Below, piece after piece: positions 1-8,793 of a DNA stretch of 64,000 nucleotides. The translations under genes and the position numbers were made by a program. Source of the stretch: Bacillota bacterium (GTDB lineage: Bacteria > Bacillota > Sulfobacillia > JAJYWN01 > JAJZPE01). Position 1 is the first letter of the stretch. Each line of letters begins with the position of its first letter. Where the stretch lies: positions 90,181 through 154,180 of the forward strand of contig JAJYMC010000062.1 in NCBI GenBank assembly GCA_021787335.1, in the 5' to 3' direction. Under the pieces are notes generated by a model. It made no database searches, was not told where the DNA came from, and saw only the letters and a program-made list of their open reading frames with translations.

Positions 1-1488
1 CATGGCCAGGGCGGCCGGGTTGACCCGGATGATGTTCCCGGCCGGGTCGGCGACGATCAGGCCGTCCGTGATGCTATCGAGCAACGTCTCCAACTCAGCG
101 AGGTTGGACTCGGTCAGGGCGGCCAGTTCCTCCGCCCTCCGGCGGGCCAGGACCTGTTCGGTCACCTCGTTGCCGATGATGATGACCGCCTCGACCGTGC
201 CACCGGGGGCAAGCAGGGGGACGAAGTAGCCGTCCCAGTAGGTTTGGCCGCCGCCGGGCCCAAGGGCCACTTCGCGCCCGCGGCGGATGACGGTCCGGCC
301 GGTCCGATAGACCTCCTCGATGTCGGCGATGAACCGTCCGGCGAGGACCTCCGGTAAGACCTCGGCGATGGAGCGTCCGACGAAGGCGGCCTCGCCGACC
401 CCAGGGACGTTGCGGAAGGTCCGGTTGGCCAGGGTGCAGCGATGGTCCGGTCCATGGACCACGGAGATGCCGATGGGGCTGTTCTCCACCAGTGTCTCCA
501 GGAGGACCTCCTGACGCCGCAACGTCTCGAGGGCGTCGGCCTTCTCCAGGGCGATCTTGCCGATCAATGCGGCCAGGCCAAGGAGGGCCAGCCCGAAGAC
601 GGCCAGGAGGGCCAGGCGTTGGACCAGTTCCGACCAAAGCGGGGCGTAGACGAGCGCCCGCGGGGTATCGACGAGGACCGTCCACGGAGCCATCTTAAGG
701 CGGGCGAAGCCGACCACCCGAGGTTCCTGGTCGAGGAACTTACCCTGATAGACCCCTTTGGTCTCTCTTCCCAGCCGCGGCCAGAGCGGGGTGTCGGTGA
801 CCTTTCGGCCCACGAGGGCCGCCGCCCCACCGGAGCCGGCGATGACCCGCCCATCGACGTCGACGACGGTGACCCCGGTGCCGGCCGGTAGCCCCAGCGA
901 ATTGAGGATCGCTGCCAGTTGTCGCGAATCGAGGCCGGCGCCCACCGCCCCGTTGACTTTCCCGTCGCGACCCCTGACGGCATAGGCGATTCCGACCGCG
1001 AAGGACCGCGGCTCAGGCCGGCTATCCGGGAGTGCTTGGACGGCCAGACCGGCGCCGGCCATCGCCTCGCTGAAGTACGACTGGTCTCCTATATAGGCCG
1101 GCTTTGCCCCGGGCTCGGGTGAGACGGTGGCGTAGCTCCAGCCGTCGGCCCGGGTGGCCCAAAGGTCGACATAAAGGGGATTCCGATCCAGGACGTCACG
1201 AAGGACCCGGGCCGCGGCGGCCGGGTCCTGGTCGACGAAGGCCGGCTGGGCGGCCAGGGTCGAGAGCATCGATTGGGTGGCCCGGAGGGCTCCATCGATG
1301 CCGACGGTGGTCTCGTGGCTCCAACGGCTGGCTGACCACTTCGCCTCGGCGAACTCCTCGCGGGCTTCGTGGAGGGTCATGACCACGATCATCGCCGCCA
1401 CGGCCAGCGCCAGCAGCGAGAGGAGCGCGGTCACGCCGGCCAGGGTCCCGCCCCTCGACAGGCGGGCCGTGAAGCGCAGGGGTCTCAC
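1..1488 (-). CDS. Sensor protein, N-terminal part (TM helix, Cache-like extracytoplasmic domain, second TM, PAS domain); C-terminal output domain lies beyond coordinate 1
   Basis: Minus-strand translation from GTG at 1486-1488 gives MRPLRFTARLSRGGTLAGVTALLSLLALAVAAMIVVM (TM), a ~280 aa periplasmic-type domain, a second hydrophobic stretch (LVQRLALLAVFGLALLGLAALIG), then PAS-like ...ITDGLIVADPAGNIIRVNPAALAM running off the window. It is absent from the ORF track because there is no stop codon inside the window. Confidence 0.55.
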   Translation of the reverse strand, partial: MRPLRFTARLSRGGTLAGVTALLSLLALAVAAMIVVMTLHEAREEFAEAKWSASRWSHETTVGIDGALRATQSMLSTLAAQPAFVDQDPAAAARVLRDVLDRNPLYVDLWATRADGWSYATVSPEPGAKPAYIGDQSYFSEAMAGAGLAVQALPDSRPEPRSFAVGIAYAVRGRDGKVNGAVGAGLDSRQLAAILNSLGLPAGTGVTVVDVDGRVIAGSGGAAALVGRKVTDTPLWPRLGRETKGVYQGKFLDQEPRVVGFARLKMAPWTVLVDTPRALVYAPLWSELVQRLALLAVFGLALLGLAALIGKIALEKADALETLRRQEVLLETLVENSPIGISVVHGPDHRCTLANRTFRNVPGVGEAAFVGRSIAEVLPEVLAGRFIADIEEVYRTGRTVIRRGREVALGPGGGQTYWDGYFVPLLAPGGTVEAVIIIGNEVTEQVLARRRAEELAALTESNLAELETLLDSITDGLIVADPAGNIIRVNPAALAM

Positions 1489-1660
1489 AAGCGGTGCCCT
1501 CCCATAGGTGTGGCTTGGGGGGATACCGGGGATGTAGAGGATACTTTTGTCTTCTAAACCATTCTCGACCACCCCCGACGAGTCCTGCCCATCCTCGTGG
1601 GCGGCAGGTATCGGCGATTTGACCGCGAAAGACCTGACCCGAAAACCTATCGGAGTGGAG

Positions 1661-2188
1661 ATGATTCCAATGGATGCGGTGTTCAAGAACGTCGCTGAAC
1701 TGATGGAGCTGTCCGCCCGCACGGCCCCCAAGGCCGCCGGCCGCGACTTCATCGTCACCAAGGTCGTCGTCGGCGAGGACCTGAAGCGCCTCGGCGCGGA
1801 GATGAAGAAGTACGGCGAGACGACCGGCAAGAAGAACTTCGACCGCGACGGTAAAAACGTCGCCGATTCAGGCGCTCTGCTGTTGATCGGACTAAAGACG
1901 GCCAAGGATGTCGGGCTGAACTGCGGCGCCTGCGGCAACGACAAGTGCGCGCAGCTCGCCGCGGCCCACGACGGCCCGGAGTTCTCCGGACCATACTGCG
2001 CCTGGCGCCTCGTCGACCTCGGCATCGCCCTCGGCAGCGCGGCCAAGACGGCGGGCATCCTCAACGCCGATAATCGCATCATGTATCGCGTCGGCGTGCT
2101 GGCCAGGAAGCTCGGCATCATCGACGCCGATGTGGTCGCCGGCATCCCGCTGGCGGGCACCGGGAAGAGCATCTATTTCGATCGCTGA
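1661..2188 (+). CDS. Ferredoxin-domain protein (DUF2148-like, CGACGNDKC cysteine motif)
   Basis: ORF 1547..2188; ATG at 1661 (MIPMDAVFKNV...). The Cys cluster GLNCGACGNDKCAQ is present. Family assignment is from memory of DUF2148 proteins. Confidence 0.5.
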   Translation: MIPMDAVFKNVAELMELSARTAPKAAGRDFIVTKVVVGEDLKRLGAEMKKYGETTGKKNFDRDGKNVADSGALLLIGLKTAKDVGLNCGACGNDKCAQLAAAHDGPEFSGPYCAWRLVDLGIALGSAAKTAGILNADNRIMYRVGVLARKLGIIDADVVAGIPLAGTGKSIYFDR

Positions 2189-2376
2189 GACCGGCTTCAG
2201 TCGTTGAGATCGGCGCGGCCGTTCGATTCCGGACGGGTCACCAGTCGAGGAAGACATTGGCATCACGCTTTTGCCGTTCGTTCAAAGTCAGTTAACAGTC
2301 CGGCAACAATTCGAGGTTACAGTATGGCTTGCAAGACCAATCGCGGGCTCAGTCCCAAAGGGAGGTCGGACAATCC

Positions 2377-3186
2377 ATGAAAGCAAGGAACATCGTCGCT
2401 CTGGCGCTGGCCGGTTCGCTCCTCGCGACCGGCGTCGCTTACGCCAGCGCGGGTGACGGCACGGCGACGCCTGCGCCGGCGACACCGGCGGCGAGCCAGG
2501 TCCAGCAACTGGACCCGGCGGTGCAGCAGCAGGTCAAGGACAAGTGGGCTGAACTCACCAGCCTCCGCAATCAGATCAAGGACCTCGACAAGCAGCTCGG
2601 CACGGCCCGGCGCGGTGACGCGGCCGCCGTCCGGGGGCTCAAGCAGACCAGGCGGGGCGAGGCCGACGGCATCAAGGCGGCCGTCAAGGACCGCCGCCAG
2701 TACGTGCAGTCGGCCCTGAAGCCGCTGCTGCAGCAACTCAGGGAACTCCAGAAGGAGATCAAGGCCGCCCGCAAGGCCAACGACACCGACAAGGTCAAGT
2801 CCCTTCAGGCTCAGGCGGCCGCCCTCCGCGAGCAGCTCAAGGCGAAGCATGTCGACTCTAAATCCCTCGGCGACAGGGTCAAGGGTCTGCGCGACCAGTT
2901 CAAGGCCAAGTGGGACGCCATCAAGGCGGCTCTCAGCGGGAACAAGACCCTCCTCGACCAGATCAAGGCCGTCCTCGGACAACTGCGGACGCTGAACCAG
3001 GGCCTCCGGGCCGACCAGCGTGACGCCCGGACCGCCCTCCAGAACAAAGACGGGGCCGGCGTCCTCGCCGCCCTCGACAAGGCCATCGCCGCCGAGAAGC
3101 AGATCCTGACTCAGAAGACCAGCCTGGTCGACCTCCAGAAGCAGGTCGGCGCGGCCGTCCAGAAGGCTGTCGGTAGTGCCAAGTGA
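2377..3186 (+). CDS. Secreted coiled-coil/low-complexity protein (K/Q/L/A-rich)
   Basis: GGAGG 7 nt upstream of ATG 2377. Signal peptide MKARNIVALALAGSLLATGVAYASA. The remainder is heptad-like, KxL/QxL-rich. Confidence 0.55.
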   Translation: MKARNIVALALAGSLLATGVAYASAGDGTATPAPATPAASQVQQLDPAVQQQVKDKWAELTSLRNQIKDLDKQLGTARRGDAAAVRGLKQTRRGEADGIKAAVKDRRQYVQSALKPLLQQLRELQKEIKAARKANDTDKVKSLQAQAAALREQLKAKHVDSKSLGDRVKGLRDQFKAKWDAIKAALSGNKTLLDQIKAVLGQLRTLNQGLRADQRDARTALQNKDGAGVLAALDKAIAAEKQILTQKTSLVDLQKQVGAAVQKAVGSAK

Positions 3187-3281
3187 GTGCCGACAGCGCC
3201 AAGTGACCGCAGACTCCGCCGCGTGACTCACGTTTCCTGACCCACTCGGAGACACCCCCTCTCCGCTGAGCATAGACGCAG

Positions 3282-3316
3282 AAAGCCCCTCCCCGCGGAA
3301 GGAGGGGCTTTCTGTA
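3282..3316 (+). terminator. Rho-independent terminator-like hairpin between convergent genes
   Basis: aaagcccctcc-(8 nt loop)-ggaggggcttt gives a perfect 11 bp stem at 3282..3311, followed by tctgtat. Confidence 0.5.
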
Positions 3317-3391
3317 TGGACGGGGCCGGCCGGGACGATGAAAGGGCCGGCCCTGATGGGCAGGCCGGCCATGATGGGCCGGCCCGCTTCC

Positions 3392-4609
3392 CTAGTCGAC
3401 CAGGTAGTGTTTCGGCAGCGTCCCTCGCCTGGCCTCGTAGGCCAAGTAGATGAAGGCCGACTCGACCGAGTGCCACTGCGGGTCGCGCTTGGACATCAGG
3501 CTCTCTTCTTTGACCGTCTGGAAGGCCGCGTCGGCCCGGTCGTTGTCGCCCATGATGGTGGCCACGTAGGCGGTGACGGCCCAGGGCGTCAGGTCCGTCC
3601 GGGTGACCCACTCACCGTGGTAGCGGTTGAGCGTGGCCCATAGACCCTTGGCCCGCGGGTCGTCCGGCTGGATGAGGCCGTTCAGGATGGGGTAGAGCTG
3701 GCTGACCGCGTCCGGGTACCACGTCTTCCAGTTGGCCCGGGCTCGGCGGCCGTTGGCGGCCAGGTACCAGTAGTAGTTGCTCGTCTTGGGATCCCACAGC
3801 TTCTGCTCGATGCCGCCGGCGATGCGGACGGCGGCTTCGTGATAGCCGTTGCCGAGTTCGGGCAACCCGAGCCGGGTGAGCAGGGCGGCGAAGTCCTCCA
3901 GCCCGCGGTAGTCCTCGCTGTTGTCCATCAGGTACTTCTTCGGGTGATTGGCCTTCGCCCAGACCAGCCCGTCCTCGTCCTGCAGGGCGAGGATGACGTC
4001 GGCGACGAGCTTGATGTCCGGCAGGTGTTCGCGGGCGAAGCTCTCGTCGTCGGTGCGGTCGGTGTAGTCGCCGACCAATGACAGGAAGGTGGCCGCGTAG
4101 CTGTCAGCCGAATCGTATTCCATGGTCGGCGCGAAGTTCAGATGGGCCGCCGGCCCGAAGGTCGGGGCGACCGGCCGGCCGGCGACGACGCCCTGGCCGT
4201 CGGCCGCGTCGGGCGGCACCTGGCCGGCGTAGTTGTAGATGGTCCCGAAGAGCCCGGTGTCGTCGGGGCGGTTGAGGTGCCCGATATACCACTCCATGTA
4301 TGTACGGGCGGCGTCGGGGTCGCGCCGCAAGAGCGTCAGGGCGGCGAGGTTGGCGAAGTAGGGGATGACGTAATCGCCGCGGATGTTCTGGGCGATGGCC
4401 CCGCCGGTCGTCCGGCTCTGCATGATCCAGTTGTACTCGATGGACATCATGTAGTCCATCCCAGGCTCCGGCGCCGTCATGGTCGAACTGGTCCGCGGCA
4501 ACGCTCGAGCGACCCACGCGGTGACCGGGAACGCCAGCCCGAGGGCAACGGCGAGGACGAGGGCTGAGGCGATGGCGCGTTGCTGTCGGCTAAGGGCGGG
4601 GACTTGCAT
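3392..4609 (-). CDS. Hypothetical secreted/membrane-anchored protein (~405 aa)
   Basis: ORF 3392..4786; preferred start is ATG 4609 (MQVPALSRQQRAIASALVLAVALGLAFPVTAWV signal/anchor) with AAGGAG 8 nt upstream. No confident family assignment from sequence alone. Confidence 0.5.
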   Translation of the reverse strand: MQVPALSRQQRAIASALVLAVALGLAFPVTAWVARALPRTSSTMTAPEPGMDYMMSIEYNWIMQSRTTGGAIAQNIRGDYVIPYFANLAALTLLRRDPDAARTYMEWYIGHLNRPDDTGLFGTIYNYAGQVPPDAADGQGVVAGRPVAPTFGPAAHLNFAPTMEYDSADSYAATFLSLVGDYTDRTDDESFAREHLPDIKLVADVILALQDEDGLVWAKANHPKKYLMDNSEDYRGLEDFAALLTRLGLPELGNGYHEAAVRIAGGIEQKLWDPKTSNYYWYLAANGRRARANWKTWYPDAVSQLYPILNGLIQPDDPRAKGLWATLNRYHGEWVTRTDLTPWAVTAYVATIMGDNDRADAAFQTVKEESLMSKRDPQWHSVESAFIYLAYEARRGTLPKHYLVD

Positions 4610-4784
4610 GGCCCGGCCGCTCCTTTCCATGGGACGCAAAGAGCAGAAGTCGCGAAGGACGCAAGACTGCCAGGGCTGCCTCGGTCGGGCGCCAACTGTT
4701 GAATGGTTAACGATTCGTCGGCCGAACGAAAAGTCCTGCTCGGCCGGGTTTTGGGCGGGCGCGCGAAGCAATGGGAGCCGAGGC

Positions 4785-4820
4785 AAAAAGAGGGCGGGGT
4801 CGATGACGACCCCGCCCCTT
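4785..4820 (-). terminator. Rho-independent terminator downstream of ECF S-component gene
   Basis: Minus strand reads gggcggggtcgtcatcgaccccgccc (perfect 11 bp stem, 4 nt loop) followed by tctttttg. Located 65 nt after the stop at 4880. Confidence 0.6.
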
Positions 4821-4879
4821 TCGTCCCGCGAACGCGAAGACGATGGGCTTACGATACCTTTTGCTTTGTAAAGACCGGC

Positions 4880-5434
4880 TCAGCTCTTCCGGTCAGCCCT
4901 GACGAGAGAGGCGATGGGCAGGGGCATGGCGTTGGTGACCAGGGTCACCAGCCCGGCGAAGGCCGGCACGAGCACGGCGCGGGCGATGATCCGCGGCGGC
5001 AGGATGGCCATGATGGCCTTGCCGTACATGATGTGAAGCCAATAGGTGTTCAGGATGACCGAGGTGATGAGGTCGGAGCAGGCCAGGGCGGCCAGGTAGC
5101 GCCAGAACCCGGGCTTGTCCGAGCGCCCCATCGAGAAGAGCCGCAGGAACAGCCAGGGCAGCACGCCGACGAGGGCCGAGGTCAGGGTGAAGCCGGGGAA
5201 GAACGGGCCGCCCATCGGGTTCAGCATCGAACCCACGAGGTCGGCGGCGATGCCGACGATGGCTCCCCACGCCGGGCCGAGGAAAAGGCTGGCGAGGATG
5301 ATCGGAACGTCGCCGAAGGACAGTCGCAGGGCCAGCACACCCGCCAACGGGATCATGACACCGGCGAAACGGGTCAGGACCACGCTGGCCGCGATGAGGA
5401 GCCCCGCACGGGTCAGGTTCAGGACGCCGCGCAT
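4880..5434 (-). CDS. folT: ECF transporter S component, folate family (FolT-like)
   Basis: ORF 4880..5713; start ATG 5434 (MRGVLNLTRAGLLIAASVVL...) with GAGGGGG RBS. 185 aa with 5-6 TM segments, consistent with ECF substrate-capture proteins. A THF riboswitch lies immediately upstream. Confidence 0.7.
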   Translation of the reverse strand: MRGVLNLTRAGLLIAASVVLTRFAGVMIPLAGVLALRLSFGDVPIILASLFLGPAWGAIVGIAADLVGSMLNPMGGPFFPGFTLTSALVGVLPWLFLRLFSMGRSDKPGFWRYLAALACSDLITSVILNTYWLHIMYGKAIMAILPPRIIARAVLVPAFAGLVTLVTNAMPLPIASLVRADRKS

Positions 5435-5529
5435 AGGAAAACCCCCTCTTGTCGCGGCAGAGGCCGTGTTGCTAGAGAGGGGGTCTGTCATCCCCACTGC
5501 AGCGACAGCGGACGCGACGTCGCACCGCA

Positions 5530-5640
5530 GGGGCCGGGTCAGCCGATATCCGCCCAGCGGATCGGCCGACCTTCCCCTTTCGTCCCCGGGCGACTTCCCA
5601 TCCCGGGGCACTTGACGCGCAACGCCTACTCTGCCGAAAG
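5530..5640 (-). ncRNA. THF (tetrahydrofolate) riboswitch candidate
   Basis: Minus strand reads GCAGAGUAGGCGUUGCGCGUCAAGUGCCCCGGGAUGGGAAGUCGCCCGGGGACGAAAGGGG.... Block-by-block similarity to the Eubacterium siraeum THF aptamer as recalled: GGAGAGUAG..UUCGCGUUAAGUG-[hairpin]-AUGGGAUGUCG-[hairpin]-ACGAAGC. Downstream, a CCCCCUCUCU/AGAGGGGGUUUU hairpin overlaps the RBS. Confidence 0.65.
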
Positions 5641-5654
5641 TTTTTTGCGCCTTG

Positions 5655-5683
5655 AGTATACCAGATGGTGACGCCGAAGGCAA
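5655..5683 (-). promoter_or_regulatory. Sigma-70-like promoter driving riboswitch-folT
   Basis: Minus strand TTGCCT-N17-TATACT; -35 is the complement of 5678..5683, -10 the complement of 5655..5660. Predicted TSS is ~10 nt before the riboswitch 5' end. Confidence 0.55.
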
Positions 5684-5736
5684 TCGGTGTAAAGCTGCTG
5701 CTATCGAGCCCATGGTTGCAGCCGCCGTCGGGGCCG

Positions 5737-6816
5737 TCAGGCGCGCCCGGCTGCCTCGACCAGGATGGCCTCGAGCGGCTCGGCGACCCTCAGCATGGCC
5801 CCCAGGATGCGCGCCGAACGCTGGATCTCGTGGAGGAGGTCGCTGCCCGGCGGGATGAAGTCCGTCTCGATGATGTCCGGGGCGTAGCGATGGACGAGCA
5901 GCGGCAGGACGGCCGCGGCCTGCATCTCCGTCAACGGACGGCGGGCGGCGTAGGCCCGGATGAGTTCGGCCACGTGGTCGAGCCGGATGGTCGGGTCGGC
6001 GCGGCTCGTCCGCCCGAACATGTAGATGCCCGTGGCGAGGTCGTAGAGCGGGGATTCCCAGCGGACCACGTCGAGGTCGAAGAGACCGGTGACGACCGCG
6101 CCGTCATACTTCAGGTTGCGGCCGTGGAAGTCGCCCCAGACCAGCTGCTTGGGCAGGGCGGCATAGGCCCGCGCGGGCAGGCGCTCGATCATGTAGCGAT
6201 GGGCGTCGAGCATGGTCGCGCGCTCGGCGTCGGACAAGGGCCTGGCCCAGTCCTCGGTGAAGGCTTCGGTCAGGAGAAGCCGGCCGGCCGCGGCCCAGGC
6301 GGGGTAGGGGATGAAGCCCGGCGGTTCGACGTAGCCGGCGACAACTGCCCGCCCGAGGAAGTCGTGCAGCTCCGCCAGCAGCCTGGCCGAGGCTCGGACC
6401 TGGTCCAGCCGGCCGTAGTCGTGGTCATCGCCGGCGACCCAATCGTAGACGGCCCAGGCCCGGCCGCCGTGCAGGGTCAGCCGCTGGCCGCGTTCGTTGA
6501 GCCGGACCCGGGCCACCGGGAACCCGGCCTCCCGCAGGGCCTCGTGCAGCCGCATCTGGAACTCGATCCGGGGCCGGTCGCGGTTGCGGCGGAAGCAGCG
6601 GACCACGAGGAGTTCGGCGGGCACTGCGCCGCCCGCAGCGTCGCGGCCGCCGTTGCCGGCGCGGCCTCCGCCGGCCACGGTGACGACGTAGTTCGGGTTC
6701 ATCACGCTGGCTTCGAGAAGGTCGACCGAGGCCAGACGTTCCGGGGCGAGGCCGTAGGAAGATGCCAGGAGTTCTCGGACCGCCGCTTCGTCGCCGGCCA
6801 GCGGGGACTGTCCCAC
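5737..6816 (-). CDS. Phosphotransferase enzyme family protein (APH/choline-kinase-like fold)
   Basis: 359 aa ORF. Kinase-like motifs include ...HGDFHGRNLKYDG... (catalytic HGD-type loop) and ...LFDLD... (DFG-like). Confidence 0.65.
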   Translation of the reverse strand: MGQSPLAGDEAAVRELLASSYGLAPERLASVDLLEASVMNPNYVVTVAGGGRAGNGGRDAAGGAVPAELLVVRCFRRNRDRPRIEFQMRLHEALREAGFPVARVRLNERGQRLTLHGGRAWAVYDWVAGDDHDYGRLDQVRASARLLAELHDFLGRAVVAGYVEPPGFIPYPAWAAAGRLLLTEAFTEDWARPLSDAERATMLDAHRYMIERLPARAYAALPKQLVWGDFHGRNLKYDGAVVTGLFDLDVVRWESPLYDLATGIYMFGRTSRADPTIRLDHVAELIRAYAARRPLTEMQAAAVLPLLVHRYAPDIIETDFIPPGSDLLHEIQRSARILGAMLRVAEPLEAILVEAAGRA

Positions 6817-7012
6817 CGAGCCTCACCACCAGTCAACACGGCTTTCGAAAAAGGGCGCCCAGGGGACGAGTTCCACTTCCTGCCAGTGATATCCTCCCGG
6901 TGACCCGCCGGCCGCCCGGGAATGGGGGTGGCAGTGGGCGGGAAGAAGGTTCGGCCAGCTACTCCGGCGAACCCTTCGGGCATTCGAGGGGGTGTGTCCC
7001 ATCAAGAGTTTG

Positions 7013-7333
7013 ATGCAGAAGGTCGCCGCCTTCCGCGACGAGCGGAACTGGGCCCAGTATCACAACCCCAAGGACCTGGCCATCTCCCTGAGCCTGGAGG
7101 CGGCCGAGTTGCTCGAGTGCTTCCAATGGAAAAGCAGCGAGGACGCCGTCCGCGAGAAGCGGGCCGAGGTCGTCGACGAGCTGGCCGACGTCCTCATCTA
7201 CGCCCTGTCAATGGCCGACGCTCTGGGCGTCGACCCCGAGCGGGCGGTCTTCGACAAACTGGCCAAGAATGCCGCCAAGTACCCGGTGGCCAAGGCTTAC
7301 GGGTCGGCGCGGAAGTACACCGAATACAAGTGA
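7013..7333 (+). CDS. MazG-like nucleotide pyrophosphohydrolase (small all-alpha NTP-PPase)
   Basis: ORF 6992..7333; ATG 7013 MQKVAAFRDERNWAQYHNPKDLAISLSLEAAELLECFQWK. The ExxE...E.D acidic residues are typical of the MazG/YpjD family. Confidence 0.65.
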   Translation: MQKVAAFRDERNWAQYHNPKDLAISLSLEAAELLECFQWKSSEDAVREKRAEVVDELADVLIYALSMADALGVDPERAVFDKLAKNAAKYPVAKAYGSARKYTEYK

Positions 7334-7385
7334 CGGGGGCGAGTGACGGGGGCGAGTAACGGGGGCGGACCACGGGGGCGGGAAC
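7332..7385. repeat. 13-bp tandem repeat x4 with G5 tracts starting at the mazG-like stop codon
   Basis: tgacgggggcgag tgacgggggcgag taacgggggcgga ccacgggggcggg: four G5 runs spaced 8 nt apart on the plus strand. Confidence 0.8.
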
Positions 7386-7481
7386 CCCGGCCTGGGGGCG
7401 CGCGTCATAACTGTAGAAGCCCACGGGAGGGAAACGATGAACCACCACCGGGGGTGGGGCAATGACACCCACCGCGTGGAC

Positions 7482-8756
7482 CTACCCCTGACCGCGGATA
7501 GACCTGTCCAGCACGACCAACAACGAGCGTTCACCCCACTCAAAGTGACCGCTGACCTCACCCTTCAGACCGTCGGCCGATAACAGCAGACTGCCTCCTG
7601 CCCCGCTGACCTCAGGGCGGGAGGGTAAGCCGGTGACGGTCAAACGTTTGAACCCTCCGGTCACCGGGTGGTTCCCTTGCCCCTCCGTCAGGGATCGCCG
7701 GCCGAACACTTCGATCCAGCCGGCGGCCGTGCCAAGCCTCAGATAGCGCCCGTGGAGCAAGGCGCGGGGACCGACCAGCGTGAGGTTCATCGGGTCGAAG
7801 CCGCGCAGTTGGAGCGGAGCGGATTGATCGGCCAACACCACCACTGACCAGCCGTCCATCGACTCGAACACCTTGAGTTCACGCGACCTCTTGGCCAACA
7901 AGGCTTGACAGTCGGCCGCCGCCCGCTGGCGGGCGGCTTCTGTCTCTTCGCTGGTGAACGCGTGAGGGGCCGCGGTCAGGGTTGCGGCCAGGAGTTCATC
8001 AATGGATGCCGCGGCCCCACTCTCGAGCCGGCCCTTCCAGTCGTCCGAGAAACGGTCCAGCAACAGCGCCAGGGCCAGGCCGGTCGAGTAGCAGCGCGGG
8101 CGGACGGCGTCGGGGGCCCAATCAGCCTCCGGCAGGGCCGGCCGGGCTACGTCGGGCCAGGCCAGCCGTTCGACGTAGGTGGCCAACCCTTCGTTGAGTT
8201 CCGTCCGTCGCTCGTAGGCCACGTGGGCCGGGTCCATCACGGCGTATCGCTCGCGGCGCATGGCCAGGGCCGTCGCCGCCCAGCCCGCGGCATCGTCCAA
8301 CCGCTCCGCTGAGAGCGCCCGGCGAAGGGCCTCCGTCTCCAGACGGCGAAGCTGAAGCAGCCCCACGTTTTCGAACGGGTAAGTCAGCAGGTCGATCTCG
8401 TTGGCACTCCAGCCGAGGTGTTTCGCCCGTTGGAAGACGTGGAACATCTCGTGGATGACGACCGCGGCGGCCTGCGATGGGCTCAGCCCGGCCGCGGAGT
8501 CCAACATGAACGTGGCCGTGCCGACCCCGGCGAGGGTGATGTTGGTGTTGGCGACGATGGCCGGGTGCCGACCGGCATGCGTGGCGGGCTCGCCGGGCGC
8601 CGCCGGGCCGGCGAATTCGGGCGGCGGGCTCGGATGGCCGAACAGATAGGTTCGTTCGCCGTCATATAGGGCGACCGGGGTGGACAGCGGGTCGAACGAG
8701 GGCCACAACGGTCGGGTCCCGAGGCGTTCGACCTCAGCCATAAGCTCAAGCGGTTT
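7482..8756 (-). CDS. Hypothetical protein with HExxH zinc-metallopeptidase-like motif
   Basis: ORF 7482..9005; preferred start GTG 8756 (VKPLELMAEVERLG) with AAGGAG 8 nt upstream. An earlier start would overlap the divergent gene. Motif VVIHEMFHVFQ. Confidence 0.45.
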   Translation of the reverse strand, partial: KPLELMAEVERLGTRPLWPSFDPLSTPVALYDGERTYLFGHPSPPPEFAGPAAPGEPATHAGRHPAIVANTNITLAGVGTATFMLDSAAGLSPSQAAAVVIHEMFHVFQRAKHLGWSANEIDLLTYPFENVGLLQLRRLETEALRRALSAERLDDAAGWAATALAMRRERYAVMDPAHVAYERRTELNEGLATYVERLAWPDVARPALPEADWAPDAVRPRCYSTGLALALLLDRFSDDWKGRLESGAAASIDELLAATLTAAPHAFTSEETEAARQRAAADCQALLAKRSRELKVFESMDGWSVVVLADQSAPLQLRGFDPMNLTLVGPRALLHGRYLRLGTAAGWIEVFGRRSLTEGQGNHPVTGGFKRLTVTGLPSRPEVSGAGGSLLLSADGLKGEVSGHFEWGERSLLVVLDRSIRGQG

Positions 8757-8793
8757 CACCTGACCACTCCTTGGCGGACGGGGGTAGAGGAGC

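Noticed and set aside
442-1382. Several 60-150 aa plus-strand ORFs at the left edge
   Set aside because: They lie antisense to the continuous PAS/Cache sensor reading frame that runs off the window on the minus strand.
5665-6903. 412 aa plus-strand ORF antisense to the phosphotransferase gene; similar long antisense ORFs at 32415..34169, 35953..36762, 45131..46228, 46550..48571, 51425..52483, 52462..53598, 53658..54719, 56073..58112, 58299..59978, 62165..63907
   Set aside because: No RBS, extreme Arg/Gly/Pro/Asp bias, and each overlaps a gene with clear family motifs on the other strand; these are high-GC open-frame artefacts.
7332-7385. Possible CRISPR array (short direct repeats)
   Set aside because: Only four contiguous 13 bp units with no spacers; there are no cas genes in the window. 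It is a simple tandem repeat.
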